A DNA stretch of 64,000 nt from an uncultured Elusimicrobia bacterium (GTDB lineage: Bacteria; Elusimicrobiota; Elusimicrobia; UBA1565; UBA9628). The DNA is taken from positions 4,519-68,518 of the forward strand of contig CAIKVT010000021.1 in assembly GCA_903830945.1 (NCBI GenBank), given 5' to 3'. Position numbers and translations under genes: made by a program. Of this stretch, positions 9,900 to 19,233 are shown piece by piece. Under the pieces are notes generated by a model. It saw only the letters and a program-made list of their open reading frames with translations. It searched no databases and was not told where the DNA came from. Position 1 is the stretch's first letter. Each line of letters opens with the position of its first letter.

Positions 9900-10295
9900 A
9901 TGTTCGACGCCAAGGAAGGCCGGTTCGACAGCAACGAGTCCATGACTCTGATCGGCGAGGAAGCCTACGTCCACGGCCAGCTCGCGGCCAAGGGCTCCTT
10001 GCGCGTGGAGGGATCCGTGGAGGGCGACATCACGGATGCGGTGTCCGTGGAGATCGGCAAGAAAGGCCGGGTGAAGGGCAATGTCGCCGCGGAGACGGTC
10101 TCCATCGCGGGCGAGTTGGAGGGAGATGTCGTCGCTTCTCGGACCGTGGAGATTCTGGCTCAGGCGCGCCTACACGGCAATGTCCGCGCGCCGAACCTGC
10201 GCGTCGAGGACGGGGCTTTCTTCGAGGGGACTTGCACTATGCGCGGCGGGGATGAACCCGTGGCCGCGTCGGTTAAGGGGAGGAACGCCGCGTGA
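9900..10295 (+). CDS. Bactofilin (polymer-forming cytoskeletal protein)
   Basis: TLIGE...LRVEGSVEGDI...IGKKGRVKGNV...LRVEDGAFFEGTC; follows an M23 peptidase as is typical. Confidence 0.93.
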   Translation: MFDAKEGRFDSNESMTLIGEEAYVHGQLAAKGSLRVEGSVEGDITDAVSVEIGKKGRVKGNVAAETVSIAGELEGDVVASRTVEILAQARLHGNVRAPNLRVEDGAFFEGTCTMRGGDEPVAASVKGRNAA

Positions 10296-11074
10296 TATCT
10301 TTTTTGAACCGTTACCGTAAGACCCTGTTCATCGCGATCGTGGTTGTGTTCCTCCTTGGCACATTCGTTGGCCTGGGCGGATATCTTTTCACCAGCCGGG
10401 ATACGACCCAGGCCGTGGCCTCGGTGGGCTCCGTGAAGATCCTCTATCAGACCTACCGGTCCCGGGTCGACCAGTACGTAGACGCCTTGCGCAACCGCAA
10501 CGGGGAGGTCTCGGACGCCGCGGTCAAAGAGATCAAGGTCAATATGCTGCGGGAGATGATCACCGACGAGATGCTCTTGGTCAAGGCCGAAGAGATGGGC
10601 ATCAGGGTCACCGATGCTGAGTTGGCGCGCGACATCCGCGGCACGCCCGCCTTCCAGTCTGGTGGGGAATTCAGCTCCGAGGCTTACTTCCGCGCCGTGC
10701 GCGCCGCGTTTCGCGACACACCGCAGGGCTATGAGGAGATGCGGCGGCGCAGCTTGGTGGCCGGCCGCCTTAAGCAGCTCATCTTTCAAGCCGCTAAACT
10801 GACCCCCGGCGAGTTGGCGGTGTTCTCCGCCAAGGATCGCGACGCGGCCGAGAAGGATTTCAAGAAGGCCATGGCGCTGCGCCACAAGGATGCCGCGGCC
10901 GCGAAGCTCACCCCCGCCGAGTTCAAGGAGCGCTTCTTCCAGCAGCGCAAGGAATCCGTCGCGGCCCAGGCTCAGCAGATGCGCGCGCAGGAGCTTTTCA
11001 TTTCCTTGCTGCGCCAGGTGAGCTCCCAGGTCGAGATCAAGTCTTTCCTGGAACAGAGGGAGAGCGGTACGTGA
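10292..11074 (+). CDS. SurA/PpiD N-terminal domain protein
   Basis: N-terminal TM, VASVGSVKI, and EMITDEMLLVKAEEMGIRVTDAELARDIRGTPAFQSGGEFS. Confidence 0.85.
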   Translation: MISFLNRYRKTLFIAIVVVFLLGTFVGLGGYLFTSRDTTQAVASVGSVKILYQTYRSRVDQYVDALRNRNGEVSDAAVKEIKVNMLREMITDEMLLVKAEEMGIRVTDAELARDIRGTPAFQSGGEFSSEAYFRAVRAAFRDTPQGYEEMRRRSLVAGRLKQLIFQAAKLTPGELAVFSAKDRDAAEKDFKKAMALRHKDAAAAKLTPAEFKERFFQQRKESVAAQAQQMRAQELFISLLRQVSSQVEIKSFLEQRESGT

Positions 11075-11166
11075 GCCGACGCCTGCGGGATCGGGAGTTC
11101 CGCTGCTGGCGGCCGGACGGATTTCCTCGCGGCCGGCGCGGATAGACCCTCCGGAGCTGATGAGAG

Positions 11167-12123
11167 ATGGATTCCATCGTGGTGGTAGGCTCGGTCGCGC
11201 TCGATTCGGTGAAGACCCTGTGCGGGGAGAGCCAGGAGGCTTTGGGCGGTTCGGCCGTGTACTTCTCCCTGGCCGCCCGGCATTTCGCGCGAGTGACGGT
11301 CGTCGGCGTCATAGGTAAGGATTTCCCTAAGGAGCACCGCCGCATGTTGGCCGAGAAGGGCATCGACCTCTCGGGCCTCAAGGAACTTCCGGGCAAGACA
11401 TTTCGCTGGGTTGGAAAGTTCGGCCGCGACCTCTCCGATGCCAAGACTTTGGCCACGCACCTCAATGTCTTCGCCAAGTTCAAGCCCAAGCTCACGCCGG
11501 CACAGAAGAGATCTCGGGTCGTGTTCCTGGCCAATATCGATCCCGACCTGCAGGCCAGCGTCCTCGACCAGATGCAGAACCCGGATTTGGTCGCTTGCGA
11601 CACCATGAACTACTGGATCATGTCCAAGCCCGACGCCCTGCGGCGCTTGCTGGCACGGGTGCACATCTTTTTCGTCAACGATGCTGAGGCCAAGCTCCTC
11701 TCCCGCCAGTCCACGGCCTTGCATGCCGCGCGTGTCATCTCGCAATGGGGGCCTCAGGTGGTGGTGGTCAAGAAGGGCGAGCACGGCGCTCTCATGAAGG
11801 TGGGCGAGCGCTCTTACGCCTTTCCGGCCTACCCCGTGGAGTCGGTCAAGGACCCTACGGGCGCGGGCGACACCTTTGCGGGAGGCTTCATGGGCTATCT
11901 GACCTCGACCCGCGACTACGACGACATCGGAAACCTCAAGCGCGCCATGCTCTACGGCACGACCTTGGCCTCTTTCAACGTGGAGGATTTCAGCACCCGG
12001 CGCCTGGAGAACCTCCAGCGCACGGCCCTGCAGGCGCGTTTCGACGAGTCCGTTGACTCGCTGCATGTGCCCCACGGGCCTTTCTCGACCCGCGGTCCGT
12101 TGTTGCGCGAAGCGCGCCGCTAA
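11167..12123 (+). CDS. PfkB family carbohydrate/nucleoside kinase
   Basis: VVGSVALD, LGGSAVYF, VKKGEHGA and DPTGAGDTFAGG. Confidence 0.93.
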   Translation: MDSIVVVGSVALDSVKTLCGESQEALGGSAVYFSLAARHFARVTVVGVIGKDFPKEHRRMLAEKGIDLSGLKELPGKTFRWVGKFGRDLSDAKTLATHLNVFAKFKPKLTPAQKRSRVVFLANIDPDLQASVLDQMQNPDLVACDTMNYWIMSKPDALRRLLARVHIFFVNDAEAKLLSRQSTALHAARVISQWGPQVVVVKKGEHGALMKVGERSYAFPAYPVESVKDPTGAGDTFAGGFMGYLTSTRDYDDIGNLKRAMLYGTTLASFNVEDFSTRRLENLQRTALQARFDESVDSLHVPHGPFSTRGPLLREARR

Positions 12124-12218
12124 AGCCTTGCTCGTGATTAAGGGGCTGGTCAAGCGCTTCGGCGACGCCGTGGCCTGCGTCGTACCCTGGATTCTGGGTC
12201 AGCGGACCTTGGGGGGAT

Positions 12219-13019
12219 ATGAGCCATAAGATTGGACTTCTGCTGTGCGTCCTCATCGCGCCCGTCTCCCTTTCGGCGAGGGGAGGACAGCCTACGCCTT
12301 CAGGGACGGCGCTTCCCGGCGCGTCGAAGCCAAAGATCGCCGTGGTCCTGGATGATTTCGGGCTGACCTATAAACCTAACGTCAAGGACGAGGCATGGAT
12401 GGCCGTGACTTGGCCGGTGACCTTCGCGGTGATGCCTACTTATAAGAAGAATAAGTATGGGATGAATACTGTGACTGCGGCACGGACGGCGAAAGCCGCC
12501 GGGCACGAAATCATCATCCACTTTCCCTTCGACCCATTCCTGAAGCTGGACTTGCCCAAGGATAGGGTCTCGCCGGGGGATTTGGACGCGGTGCGCAAAT
12601 TGTTGAGTGAAAGCCTGCGCGACATGCCTGGCGCAACGGGCATCAATAACCACCGGTCCTATCAGGCGACCATGAACCGGCCGTTGATGGTCGCCTTCAT
12701 GCGGGAGCTCAAAGGCAAGGGGTTGTACTTTTTGGACAGCCACGTCTCGCCCAAAAGCGTGGCCGGTCCGGAGGCGCGCCAGGCGGGACTGAAGGTGGCA
12801 GTCAACGATATCTTTCTGGAGTCGCCGCCGCACTACAACAATATGCCTTTCTGCCAGAAAGTGATGCGTCAGGTCGCGGCCATGGCGCGCAAGCGGGGCT
12901 CGGTCGTGGTCATCGGGCATCATTATTTCCCCGGCACTTATGAGTGCCTTAAGAAAGAGGTACCGAGGCTGCAGGCCGAGGGCTTCGAGTTCGTCTTCGC
13001 CTCAGACCTGGCGAAATAA
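12219..13019 (+). CDS. Divergent polysaccharide deacetylase (YibQ family)
   Basis: Signal peptide; IAVVLDDFG, GHEIIIHFP, GINNH, YFLDS and VVIGH. Confidence 0.88.
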   Translation: MSHKIGLLLCVLIAPVSLSARGGQPTPSGTALPGASKPKIAVVLDDFGLTYKPNVKDEAWMAVTWPVTFAVMPTYKKNKYGMNTVTAARTAKAAGHEIIIHFPFDPFLKLDLPKDRVSPGDLDAVRKLLSESLRDMPGATGINNHRSYQATMNRPLMVAFMRELKGKGLYFLDSHVSPKSVAGPEARQAGLKVAVNDIFLESPPHYNNMPFCQKVMRQVAAMARKRGSVVVIGHHYFPGTYECLKKEVPRLQAEGFEFVFASDLAK

Positions 13020-13102
13020 AATTCGGGGTAAAATTCGGGGACACAATAAAATTCGGGGACACAATACCTAACCCCGCAGGAATTAAGTATTGTGTCCCCG
13101 AA
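13017..13102. repeat. Tandem plus inverted repeat (REP/MITE-like) between convergent gene ends
   Basis: Three nested TAAAATTCGGGG(ACACAA) copies at 13017, 13029 and 13047. 13052-13071 is a 19/20 inverted match to 13083-13102. Confidence 0.8.
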
Positions 13103-13110
13103 CTAAAACC

Positions 13111-13194
13111 TGCCCAGGGAGGGAATCGAACCCACACGGCCTTGCGGCCACTGGATTTTGAGTCCAGCGCGTCTGCCAGTTCCGCCACCTGGGC
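13111..13194 (-). tRNA. tRNA-Leu(CAA)
   Basis: GCCCAGGTGGCGGAACTGGCAGACGCGCTGGACTCAAAATCCAGTGGCCGCAAGGCCGTGTGGGTTCGATTCCCTCCCTGGGCA; long variable arm; CCA not encoded. Confidence 0.97.
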
Positions 13195-13253
13195 GCCGGG
13201 CGATTGTAGCAATCTTGTACCGCCCTCGCAAAGGTCATAAAATAGAATCTCAT

Positions 13254-14141
13254 ATGCACATCCCTGACGGGTTCTTGGACGCTAAGACCGTTCTGGTCAC
13301 GGCTGGCCTTTCCGCCGTGGGCCTGGGAACGGCTTTGCGCCAAGCCCGGCTGCACATGCCGCGGCGCAGCGTGCCCATGATGGGTCTGGCCGCGGCCTTC
13401 GTCTTCGTCGCGCAGATGCTCAACTTCCCCGTGGCCGCGGGCACCTCCGGCCACCTCGTCGGCGCGGCCCTGGTGGCCGTGCTGCTGGGCCCCGCCGCCG
13501 CCGTCATAGTGATATCGGCCGTGCTCATCGTTCAATGTCTGCTCTTTGCCGACGGCGGTCTCTCAGCCTTAGGCGCCAATATATTCAACATGGCGCTGGT
13601 CGGTTCCGTCGCCGGCTATGCCATCTATGCGGTTATGCATAAGGTCTTCCCGAGCCCCCGTGGGCGGCTGGCCGCCGTGGCCTTTTCCTCCTGGTGCGCC
13701 ACGGTCTTGGCCGCGGTCTGCTGCGCCGGGGAGCTGGCCTGGTCTGGGACCGTCCCTTGGGCGGCGGTCTTGCCGGCCATGACCGGGGTGCATATGCTCA
13801 TCGGACTTGGCGAGGCCGTGATCACGGCCATGGTCATCGCGGCTCTCGACAGAATCGGCTTCGCGGAACTTCCTACAGGGCTCGCGGCCCGTCCCGGCGG
13901 CTTTTTGGTCTACGGATTGCTGCTCGCGCTAGGGTTGGCGCTCTTCGTGGCTCCTTTCGCCTCGCCCTGGCCTGATGGGCTTGAGAAGGTGGCCTTCATG
14001 TTGGGCTTCGCGCATAAGGCCGCTTCACATTCGACCGCTGTGGCATGGGCCGGTGGCCTATCGACGGCGGCGGCCTTCGTGTGTTCCTGGGGGCTAGCCG
14101 GATGGCTCGTGCCGGCCCAACGGGCCGAGGGCAAGAGATGA
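13254..14141 (+). CDS. cbiM: ECF-type Ni/Co transporter substrate-binding component (CbiM/NikMN with PDGLE domain)
   Basis: Signature N-terminus MHIPDGFL at ATG 13254, QMLNFPVAAGTSGHLVG, LFADGG and FASPWPDGLEKVA. Confidence 0.93.
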   Translation: MHIPDGFLDAKTVLVTAGLSAVGLGTALRQARLHMPRRSVPMMGLAAAFVFVAQMLNFPVAAGTSGHLVGAALVAVLLGPAAAVIVISAVLIVQCLLFADGGLSALGANIFNMALVGSVAGYAIYAVMHKVFPSPRGRLAAVAFSSWCATVLAAVCCAGELAWSGTVPWAAVLPAMTGVHMLIGLGEAVITAMVIAALDRIGFAELPTGLAARPGGFLVYGLLLALGLALFVAPFASPWPDGLEKVAFMLGFAHKAASHSTAVAWAGGLSTAAAFVCSWGLAGWLVPAQRAEGKR

Positions 14142-14758
14142 GCCTGTTCCACGGTCTCTTGGAGCACCATTGTCGGATGGAGAGCCCCATCCATAGGCTG
14201 TCCGCGGGTCTTAAGCTCATCGTCGGCCTTGGCGTCGTTATCGCAGCCCTGGTCTCGCCTTTGCCCCGGGCTTGGCCCATCCTGGCCGCTTTGGCGGCCC
14301 TTCTGTTGCTGGTCGCCGTGCTGGGCAGGCTGCCATGGGACTTCCTGGCGCGCCGGCTGTTGTTTCTGGAGCCCTTCGTGCTGGGCGTGGCCGCGCTTTC
14401 CCTTCTACGGCCTAACGGTGCCGCGGACTTCGCGGCCTTGGTCGCCAAGAGCTCCCTCTGTCTATTGGCTATGATCGTGATGGCCGCCACGACCCCGTTC
14501 GCGGATATCCTCGCGACCTTGGGCCGGGTGGGGTTGCCCTCCCTGCTCGTCACGGTGCTGACGCTGATGTATCGTTACCTCTTTGTCCTCCTCGACGAGA
14601 CCGAGCGCATGTCGCTGGCCAAATCGAGTCGGACCTTCAGTTCGGGCCGTGTGTGGACCTGGCAGTCCTCGGCCGCCATCGCCGGGGGGCTTTTCATGCG
14701 CTCCAGCCTCAGGGCCCAGAGGGTCTACGACGCCATGTGCGCGCGGGGGTGGCGATGA
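14138..14758 (+). CDS. cbiQ: ECF transporter T component
   Basis: SPIHRL, TTPF, LMYRYLFVLLDE and RAQRVYDAMCARG; ATGA overlap with cbiM. Confidence 0.9.
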   Translation: MSLFHGLLEHHCRMESPIHRLSAGLKLIVGLGVVIAALVSPLPRAWPILAALAALLLLVAVLGRLPWDFLARRLLFLEPFVLGVAALSLLRPNGAADFAALVAKSSLCLLAMIVMAATTPFADILATLGRVGLPSLLVTVLTLMYRYLFVLLDETERMSLAKSSRTFSSGRVWTWQSSAAIAGGLFMRSSLRAQRVYDAMCARGWR

Positions 14759-15510
14759 CGCCGGCCATAGAGGTGCGCGGCCTGAGTTTCCGTTATCATG
14801 ACGGCAAGGAGGCCCTGCGCGATGTCAGTTTCAGCGTGCAGGAAGGCGAGTGCGTGGGGCTCATCGGGCCCAACGGCGCTGGGAAATCCACATTGCTGCG
14901 GCATCTCAACGGCCTTCTGCCCGAGCAGGCGGGGCCCGGCAGCGCGGTCTCCGTTTTCGGCCGATTGGTCACGAGAGAGAACCTGGATGAGGTCCACCGC
15001 CGGGTCGGTTTTCTATTCCAGGATCCGGATGATCAGCTCTTCTGCCCTACGGTGTTCGAGGACGTGGCCTTCGGCCCCCGACAGTTCGGCTTGGACGCTG
15101 CAGGCCTGGACGCGGTCGTCGCGGAAGCCCTAGGGTTGGTGGGGTTGGAAGGATTCGCGGACCGGGCTCCGCATCACTTGAGCGACGGTGAGAAGCAGAG
15201 GGTCTGTCTGGCCGGTGTGCTGGCCTGCAAGCCGGACATGCTCGTCCTCGACGAGCCGACCAGCGACCTCGACCCTCGCGGCCGCCGGGCTCTGGTGGTT
15301 TTGCTCGAGAGTCTGCCCGTGACCAAGGTCATCGCCTCTCATGATCTGGAATTGATCCTTAGGCTGGCTCCGCGGGCGCTTCTTTTAGACGGCGGCCGGC
15401 TGGTCGCAGATGGCCACACCCGTACGCTTCTGGGAAACGAGGAGTTGATGCTCGCCCGCGGTCTGGAGAAGCCTCATGGCCTGCTCCATGTCCACCCTCA
15501 CGGAGGTTGA
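14755..15510 (+). CDS. cbiO: ECF transporter ATPase
   Basis: GPNGAGKST, FQDPDDQLF, LSDGEKQR and LDEPT. Confidence 0.93.
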   Translation: MTPAIEVRGLSFRYHDGKEALRDVSFSVQEGECVGLIGPNGAGKSTLLRHLNGLLPEQAGPGSAVSVFGRLVTRENLDEVHRRVGFLFQDPDDQLFCPTVFEDVAFGPRQFGLDAAGLDAVVAEALGLVGLEGFADRAPHHLSDGEKQRVCLAGVLACKPDMLVLDEPTSDLDPRGRRALVVLLESLPVTKVIASHDLELILRLAPRALLLDGGRLVADGHTRTLLGNEELMLARGLEKPHGLLHVHPHGG

Positions 15511-15523
15511 CGGCGGCGATCTT

Positions 15524-16738
15524 TCAGGTGGAGTATTCCGCGTTGATGCGGATGTACTCCTCGGTGAGGTCGCATGTCAAAAAATCCAAGGCCGCCCGGC
15601 CGCGGCCCAGTCGCACGCGGATGGTGTACTCCGGTCCTTTCATGAGTTCGTGCGCGGCTTTTCGGTCGAAGGGCAGGGCCCGGCCGTTGGCATAGACCCG
15701 GTGCGGGCCGAGGTCGATGCTCGCCCGGGCCGGGTCGAAAGGGTAGCCGGAATTTCCCAGCATGGCGAAGAGGCGTCCCCAATTCGGGTCGCAGCCGGCC
15801 CAGGCGGTCTTGACCAGCGGCGAATTGGCGATGGAGCACGCCACGGCGCGAGCCTCGGCCGGTGAGCTCGCGGCCTCGATGCGCAGGCGCACGAGATGCC
15901 TGGCGCCTTCGCCGTCGCGCACGATCTGTTCGGCCAGGGAAGCGCAGATTCCGCGCAGGGCGTCTGCAAAGGGTGTCTCAACGCCGGCAGCGGCGAGCTT
16001 GACGCCGCTGGCGCCGGAGGCCAAGAGCAAAGCCGTGTCGTTGGTCGAAGTGTCGCCGTCGACCGAGATGGCGTTGAAGCTCACGTCAACGGCGGCTTGC
16101 AGTTGCCGGCGCAGGGCCGCGGGTGAGGCCTTGATGTCGGAGAAGATGTAGACCAGCATGGTGGCCATGTTCGGGTGGATCATGCCTGCGCCCTTGGCTA
16201 CACCGGCTACGGAAACGATCTCGCCGCGGATGGAAAATTCAGCGGATGCGAGTTTGGGCCGCAGGTCCGTGGTCATGATGGCCCGGCCGAAGGCGCGTAG
16301 AGCTTTCTCACCGGAGGCTAGACTGCGGGCCAAGATCGGTATCGCGGTCACGATCTTCCCGGCCGGCAGCGGCACGCCGATGATACCCGTGGAGGACGGC
16401 AGTACGCTGCCCGGCGTGATTTTCAGGTCGCGCGCCAGGGCCGAGCAGCAGGCTGCGGCCGCGCGCAGGCCGCAGTCGCCGGTGCCGCAGTTGGCGTTTC
16501 CGGAGTTGACCAGGACGGCCCGCAGACAGCCCCGGGTCTCCTGGAGATGCGCGCGTCCGATGATGATGGGCGCCGCGGCGGCGCGATTGCGCGTGAACAT
16601 GGCTGCGGCCGCTGTGCCGCCGGGAGCCACGGCCAGGGCCAAGTCGGTTTTTCTGCTGGCCTTGATGCCGGCTTGGGCGCAGGAGAAGCGGAAGCCTTGC
16701 GGCAGGCAGACCGGTTCTTCCGGGCCGCGGATGGTCAT
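15524..16738 (-). CDS. argJ: Ornithine acetyltransferase / glutamate N-acetyltransferase
   Basis: NSGNANCGTG, SSTGIIG, KGAGMIHPNMATML, DTSTNDT, DGEGA and DPNWGR. Confidence 0.97.
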   Translation of the reverse strand: MTIRGPEEPVCLPQGFRFSCAQAGIKASRKTDLALAVAPGGTAAAAMFTRNRAAAAPIIIGRAHLQETRGCLRAVLVNSGNANCGTGDCGLRAAAACCSALARDLKITPGSVLPSSTGIIGVPLPAGKIVTAIPILARSLASGEKALRAFGRAIMTTDLRPKLASAEFSIRGEIVSVAGVAKGAGMIHPNMATMLVYIFSDIKASPAALRRQLQAAVDVSFNAISVDGDTSTNDTALLLASGASGVKLAAAGVETPFADALRGICASLAEQIVRDGEGARHLVRLRIEAASSPAEARAVACSIANSPLVKTAWAGCDPNWGRLFAMLGNSGYPFDPARASIDLGPHRVYANGRALPFDRKAAHELMKGPEYTIRVRLGRGRAALDFLTCDLTEEYIRINAEYST

Positions 16739-17277
16739 ATGCGCGAGAGGCTGCGTCGCGTGCGTCGTTTTTGATTCAGTTCAAGCCGGGCGAGGTTCGG
16801 CAGCCGGCCGCGGATCATGGCGACCTCGTCGCAGTTTTCTCGGCGGCGGCATGCGAGGCAGTCCTTGTAGATCTTGTCGGGCAGGCGTTCGCGCTTGACC
16901 TCGGTAAATCCCAGATGTCCGAAGAACCCGGAGATGCGGGTGAAGAGGCAGACGCAGGCGATGCGGTGCTGGTCCGCTTCCGCCAGGAGGGCGTCCACGA
17001 TCATGCCGCCGATGCCGCGGCCTTTCAGGCGCGGCCAGACCGCGATGGAGCGGATTTCGCCGAGGTGCATGCCGTAGAAATGCAGGGCACCGCAGCCCAG
17101 GATCCCCTGGGCGTCCTCGGCCACGGTGAAGTCCCGGATGTTCTCATAGAGCTCCGGCAGGGAGCGGGCCAGCAGGATGCCGTGGCGGGCATACTCGAAG
17201 ATGAGGCCGTGTATGGCCGCGGCATCGGGAAGCGTGGCCTTGCGGATGCGGATGGTCGTCGTCTTAGAGAGCGGCAT
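16735..17277 (-). CDS. GNAT N-acetyltransferase (short ArgA-like amino-acid acetyltransferase)
   Basis: RSLPELYENIRDF, EIRSIAV, GRGIG, LPDKIYKDC and CDEVAM; located inside the arg operon; start taken at ATG 17277. Confidence 0.85.
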   Translation of the reverse strand: MPLSKTTTIRIRKATLPDAAAIHGLIFEYARHGILLARSLPELYENIRDFTVAEDAQGILGCGALHFYGMHLGEIRSIAVWPRLKGRGIGGMIVDALLAEADQHRIACVCLFTRISGFFGHLGFTEVKRERLPDKIYKDCLACRRRENCDEVAMIRGRLPNLARLELNQKRRTRRSLSRI

Positions 17278-18451
17278 CGAGAGCCTCCACCACTTCGTCG
17301 ATCTGGCTGCGCGTGATGATGTATGGCGGCAGGAAGCGCAAGGTGGTCTCGTGGGTCCGGTTGATGATGAATCCGCGCGCCAGCAGACGCTTCTGCACGG
17401 CCTTGGCTGCGTTCGCGGACTTGAGCTCCAGGGCCAGCATGAGGCCCAGTCCGCGCGCTTCTTTGACTTCGCCATGCCGGGCGGCCAGGTCGTCGAGCCG
17501 GGATAGGAAATAGGAGCCCAGCTCTTCAACGCGCGCGAGGAGCCCATCGCGCGCGATCACGTCGAGGACTTCGAGCGCCACGGCACAGGCCAGCGGGCCG
17601 CCTCCGAAGGTGGTGCCGTGCATCCCGGGCGTGATGGCCGCGGCCACGCGGTTGCTGGCCAGAACGGCTCCCAGGGGCAGACCGCAGGCCAGGGGTTTGG
17701 CCAAGGTGACCATGTCGGGCTTGATGGCGTAGCGCTGGAAGGCGAACATCCGTCCCGTGCGGCCCAATCCGCATTGGATTTCGTCGCAGATCAGCAGCGC
17801 TCCGGTCTTGCGGGTGAGGCGGCTGGCTTCGCGGAGGAACTCTCGGCTTACGGGGCGGACCCCGCCCTCACCTTGGACGGTCTCCACGCATACGGCACAG
17901 ACCCGGTCCGAGAACCTGCGGCGCAGGTCCGCGACGTCGTTGAATTTTACGAAGCTCACGCCCGGCATGACCGGGGCGAAGGGCTCACGGTACTTGGCGG
18001 TGAAGGTGGTGGCTACCGCGCCCATGGTGCGGCCGTGGAAGGAGTTCTCCAGGGCGAGGAAGAGCATCCGGTTGCTTTTGTGCCTGGCTCGGGCGAATGC
18101 GCGGGCGAACTTGAGAGCGGCTTCCCAGGCTTCGGTCCCGCTGTTGCAGAAGAAGGCGCGGTCCAGGCCGCTGAGTGTAGCGAGCCGTTTGGCCAACTCG
18201 GCTTGGAAAGGGGTATAGAAGAGGTTTGAGGCGTGCACCAGGCGCGCCGATTGTTCGCGGATGACGCGGGTGACGGCGGGATGAGAGTAGCCCAGAGCCA
18301 TGACGCCGATGCCGCTGAGGAAATCCAGATAGCGCTTGCCGCCAGGGCCGTAGAGATAGGCCCCGCGGCCATGCGTGAGGGCGGCCGGGTAGCGGTCATA
18401 GGTCTGGATCAGGTGCTTCTTCTCGGCTTTCCGCAGGGACGCCAATGTCAT
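17264..18451 (-). CDS. argD: Acetylornithine aminotransferase
   Basis: [43 protein letters not shown] and HGTTFGG. Confidence 0.95.
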   Translation of the reverse strand: MTLASLRKAEKKHLIQTYDRYPAALTHGRGAYLYGPGGKRYLDFLSGIGVMALGYSHPAVTRVIREQSARLVHASNLFYTPFQAELAKRLATLSGLDRAFFCNSGTEAWEAALKFARAFARARHKSNRMLFLALENSFHGRTMGAVATTFTAKYREPFAPVMPGVSFVKFNDVADLRRRFSDRVCAVCVETVQGEGGVRPVSREFLREASRLTRKTGALLICDEIQCGLGRTGRMFAFQRYAIKPDMVTLAKPLACGLPLGAVLASNRVAAAITPGMHGTTFGGGPLACAVALEVLDVIARDGLLARVEELGSYFLSRLDDLAARHGEVKEARGLGLMLALELKSANAAKAVQKRLLARGFIINRTHETTLRFLPPYIITRSQIDEVVEALDAAL

Positions 18452-19233
18452 GAGATCAGGACCTCCGTGCCGTCCTTGAGCCCTTCTCCGAGCAACCTGG
18501 GCAGGAGCTCAGCCCGCGCCGCGGGCAGTATGCGCACGCGGCCGACCCCGCCGCGCAGCGCGTCCTGGCAGGCTTGCAGTTTGGGGAGCATGCCGCCCTT
18601 GATGACGCCTGCCGCCACCAGGGCGGGGATCTGCGCTGACGGCAGTTCGGCGATGACCGCGCCGTCGGCGCCCTTGACGCCCGCTACATCGGTGAGGAAG
18701 ATCAGGGCGTCGGCCACGCAGCCGGCGGCCCCGGCTGCGGCCATCTGGTCCGCGTTGACGTTGTAGTATTCGTGGTCCGGCCCGAGAGCGAGAGTGCTGA
18801 TGACCGGGATGGCGCCCGCGGCCCAGAGCGCTTCGATCCAGCGCGGGTCTACGGCCGTGATCTCGCCCACGAAGCCCAGATCTGCGCCTGGGTGGGACTT
18901 GCGGCGCGCCCGGAAGGCGCCGCCGTCTCCGCCGCAGAGGCCGAGCGCGGGCCGGCCCGCGGCCAGGATGGCGGCCACCAGGCGCTTGTTGACGATCCCG
19001 GCCAGGACCATGAGGGCCGCGTCTCGGGTTTCGGCGTCGGTCACTCGCAGGCCGTCGATGAACCGAGCCTGTTTGCCCAGTCGGGTGAGCAGGCGGGTCA
19101 GGGCCGCGCCACCGCCGTGCACCACCAGGACCTGGTGCCCCTGGCTGGCCAGCGCCGCGATCGCTTGGGCGCATTTGACGAGGGTGAGAGCTTCGTCGAT
19201 CGCCGCCCCGCCGATCTTCACCACCAGCCTCAT
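18448..19233 (-). CDS. argB: Acetylglutamate kinase
   Basis: VVKIGG, VHGGG, GLRVTD, NVNAD and GGMLPK. Confidence 0.96.
   Translation of the reverse strand: MRLVVKIGGAAIDEALTLVKCAQAIAALASQGHQVLVVHGGGAALTRLLTRLGKQARFIDGLRVTDAETRDAALMVLAGIVNKRLVAAILAAGRPALGLCGGDGGAFRARRKSHPGADLGFVGEITAVDPRWIEALWAAGAIPVISTLALGPDHEYYNVNADQMAAAGAAGCVADALIFLTDVAGVKGADGAVIAELPSAQIPALVAAGVIKGGMLPKLQACQDALRGGVGRVRILPAARAELLPRLLGEGLKDGTEVLIS

Noticed and set aside
11075-11166. Possible SAM/SAH riboswitch before the PfkB kinase
   Set aside because: Only a GATGAGAG-like end is present; the core consensus elements were not found.
13017-13102. Possible CRISPR array
   Set aside because: There are no spacers, unit lengths vary, and no cas genes are present.
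13195-13253. Cobalamin riboswitch or NikR box upstream of cbiM
   Set aside because: The gap is too short for a riboswitch and has no convincing GTATGA-N16-TCATAC site.
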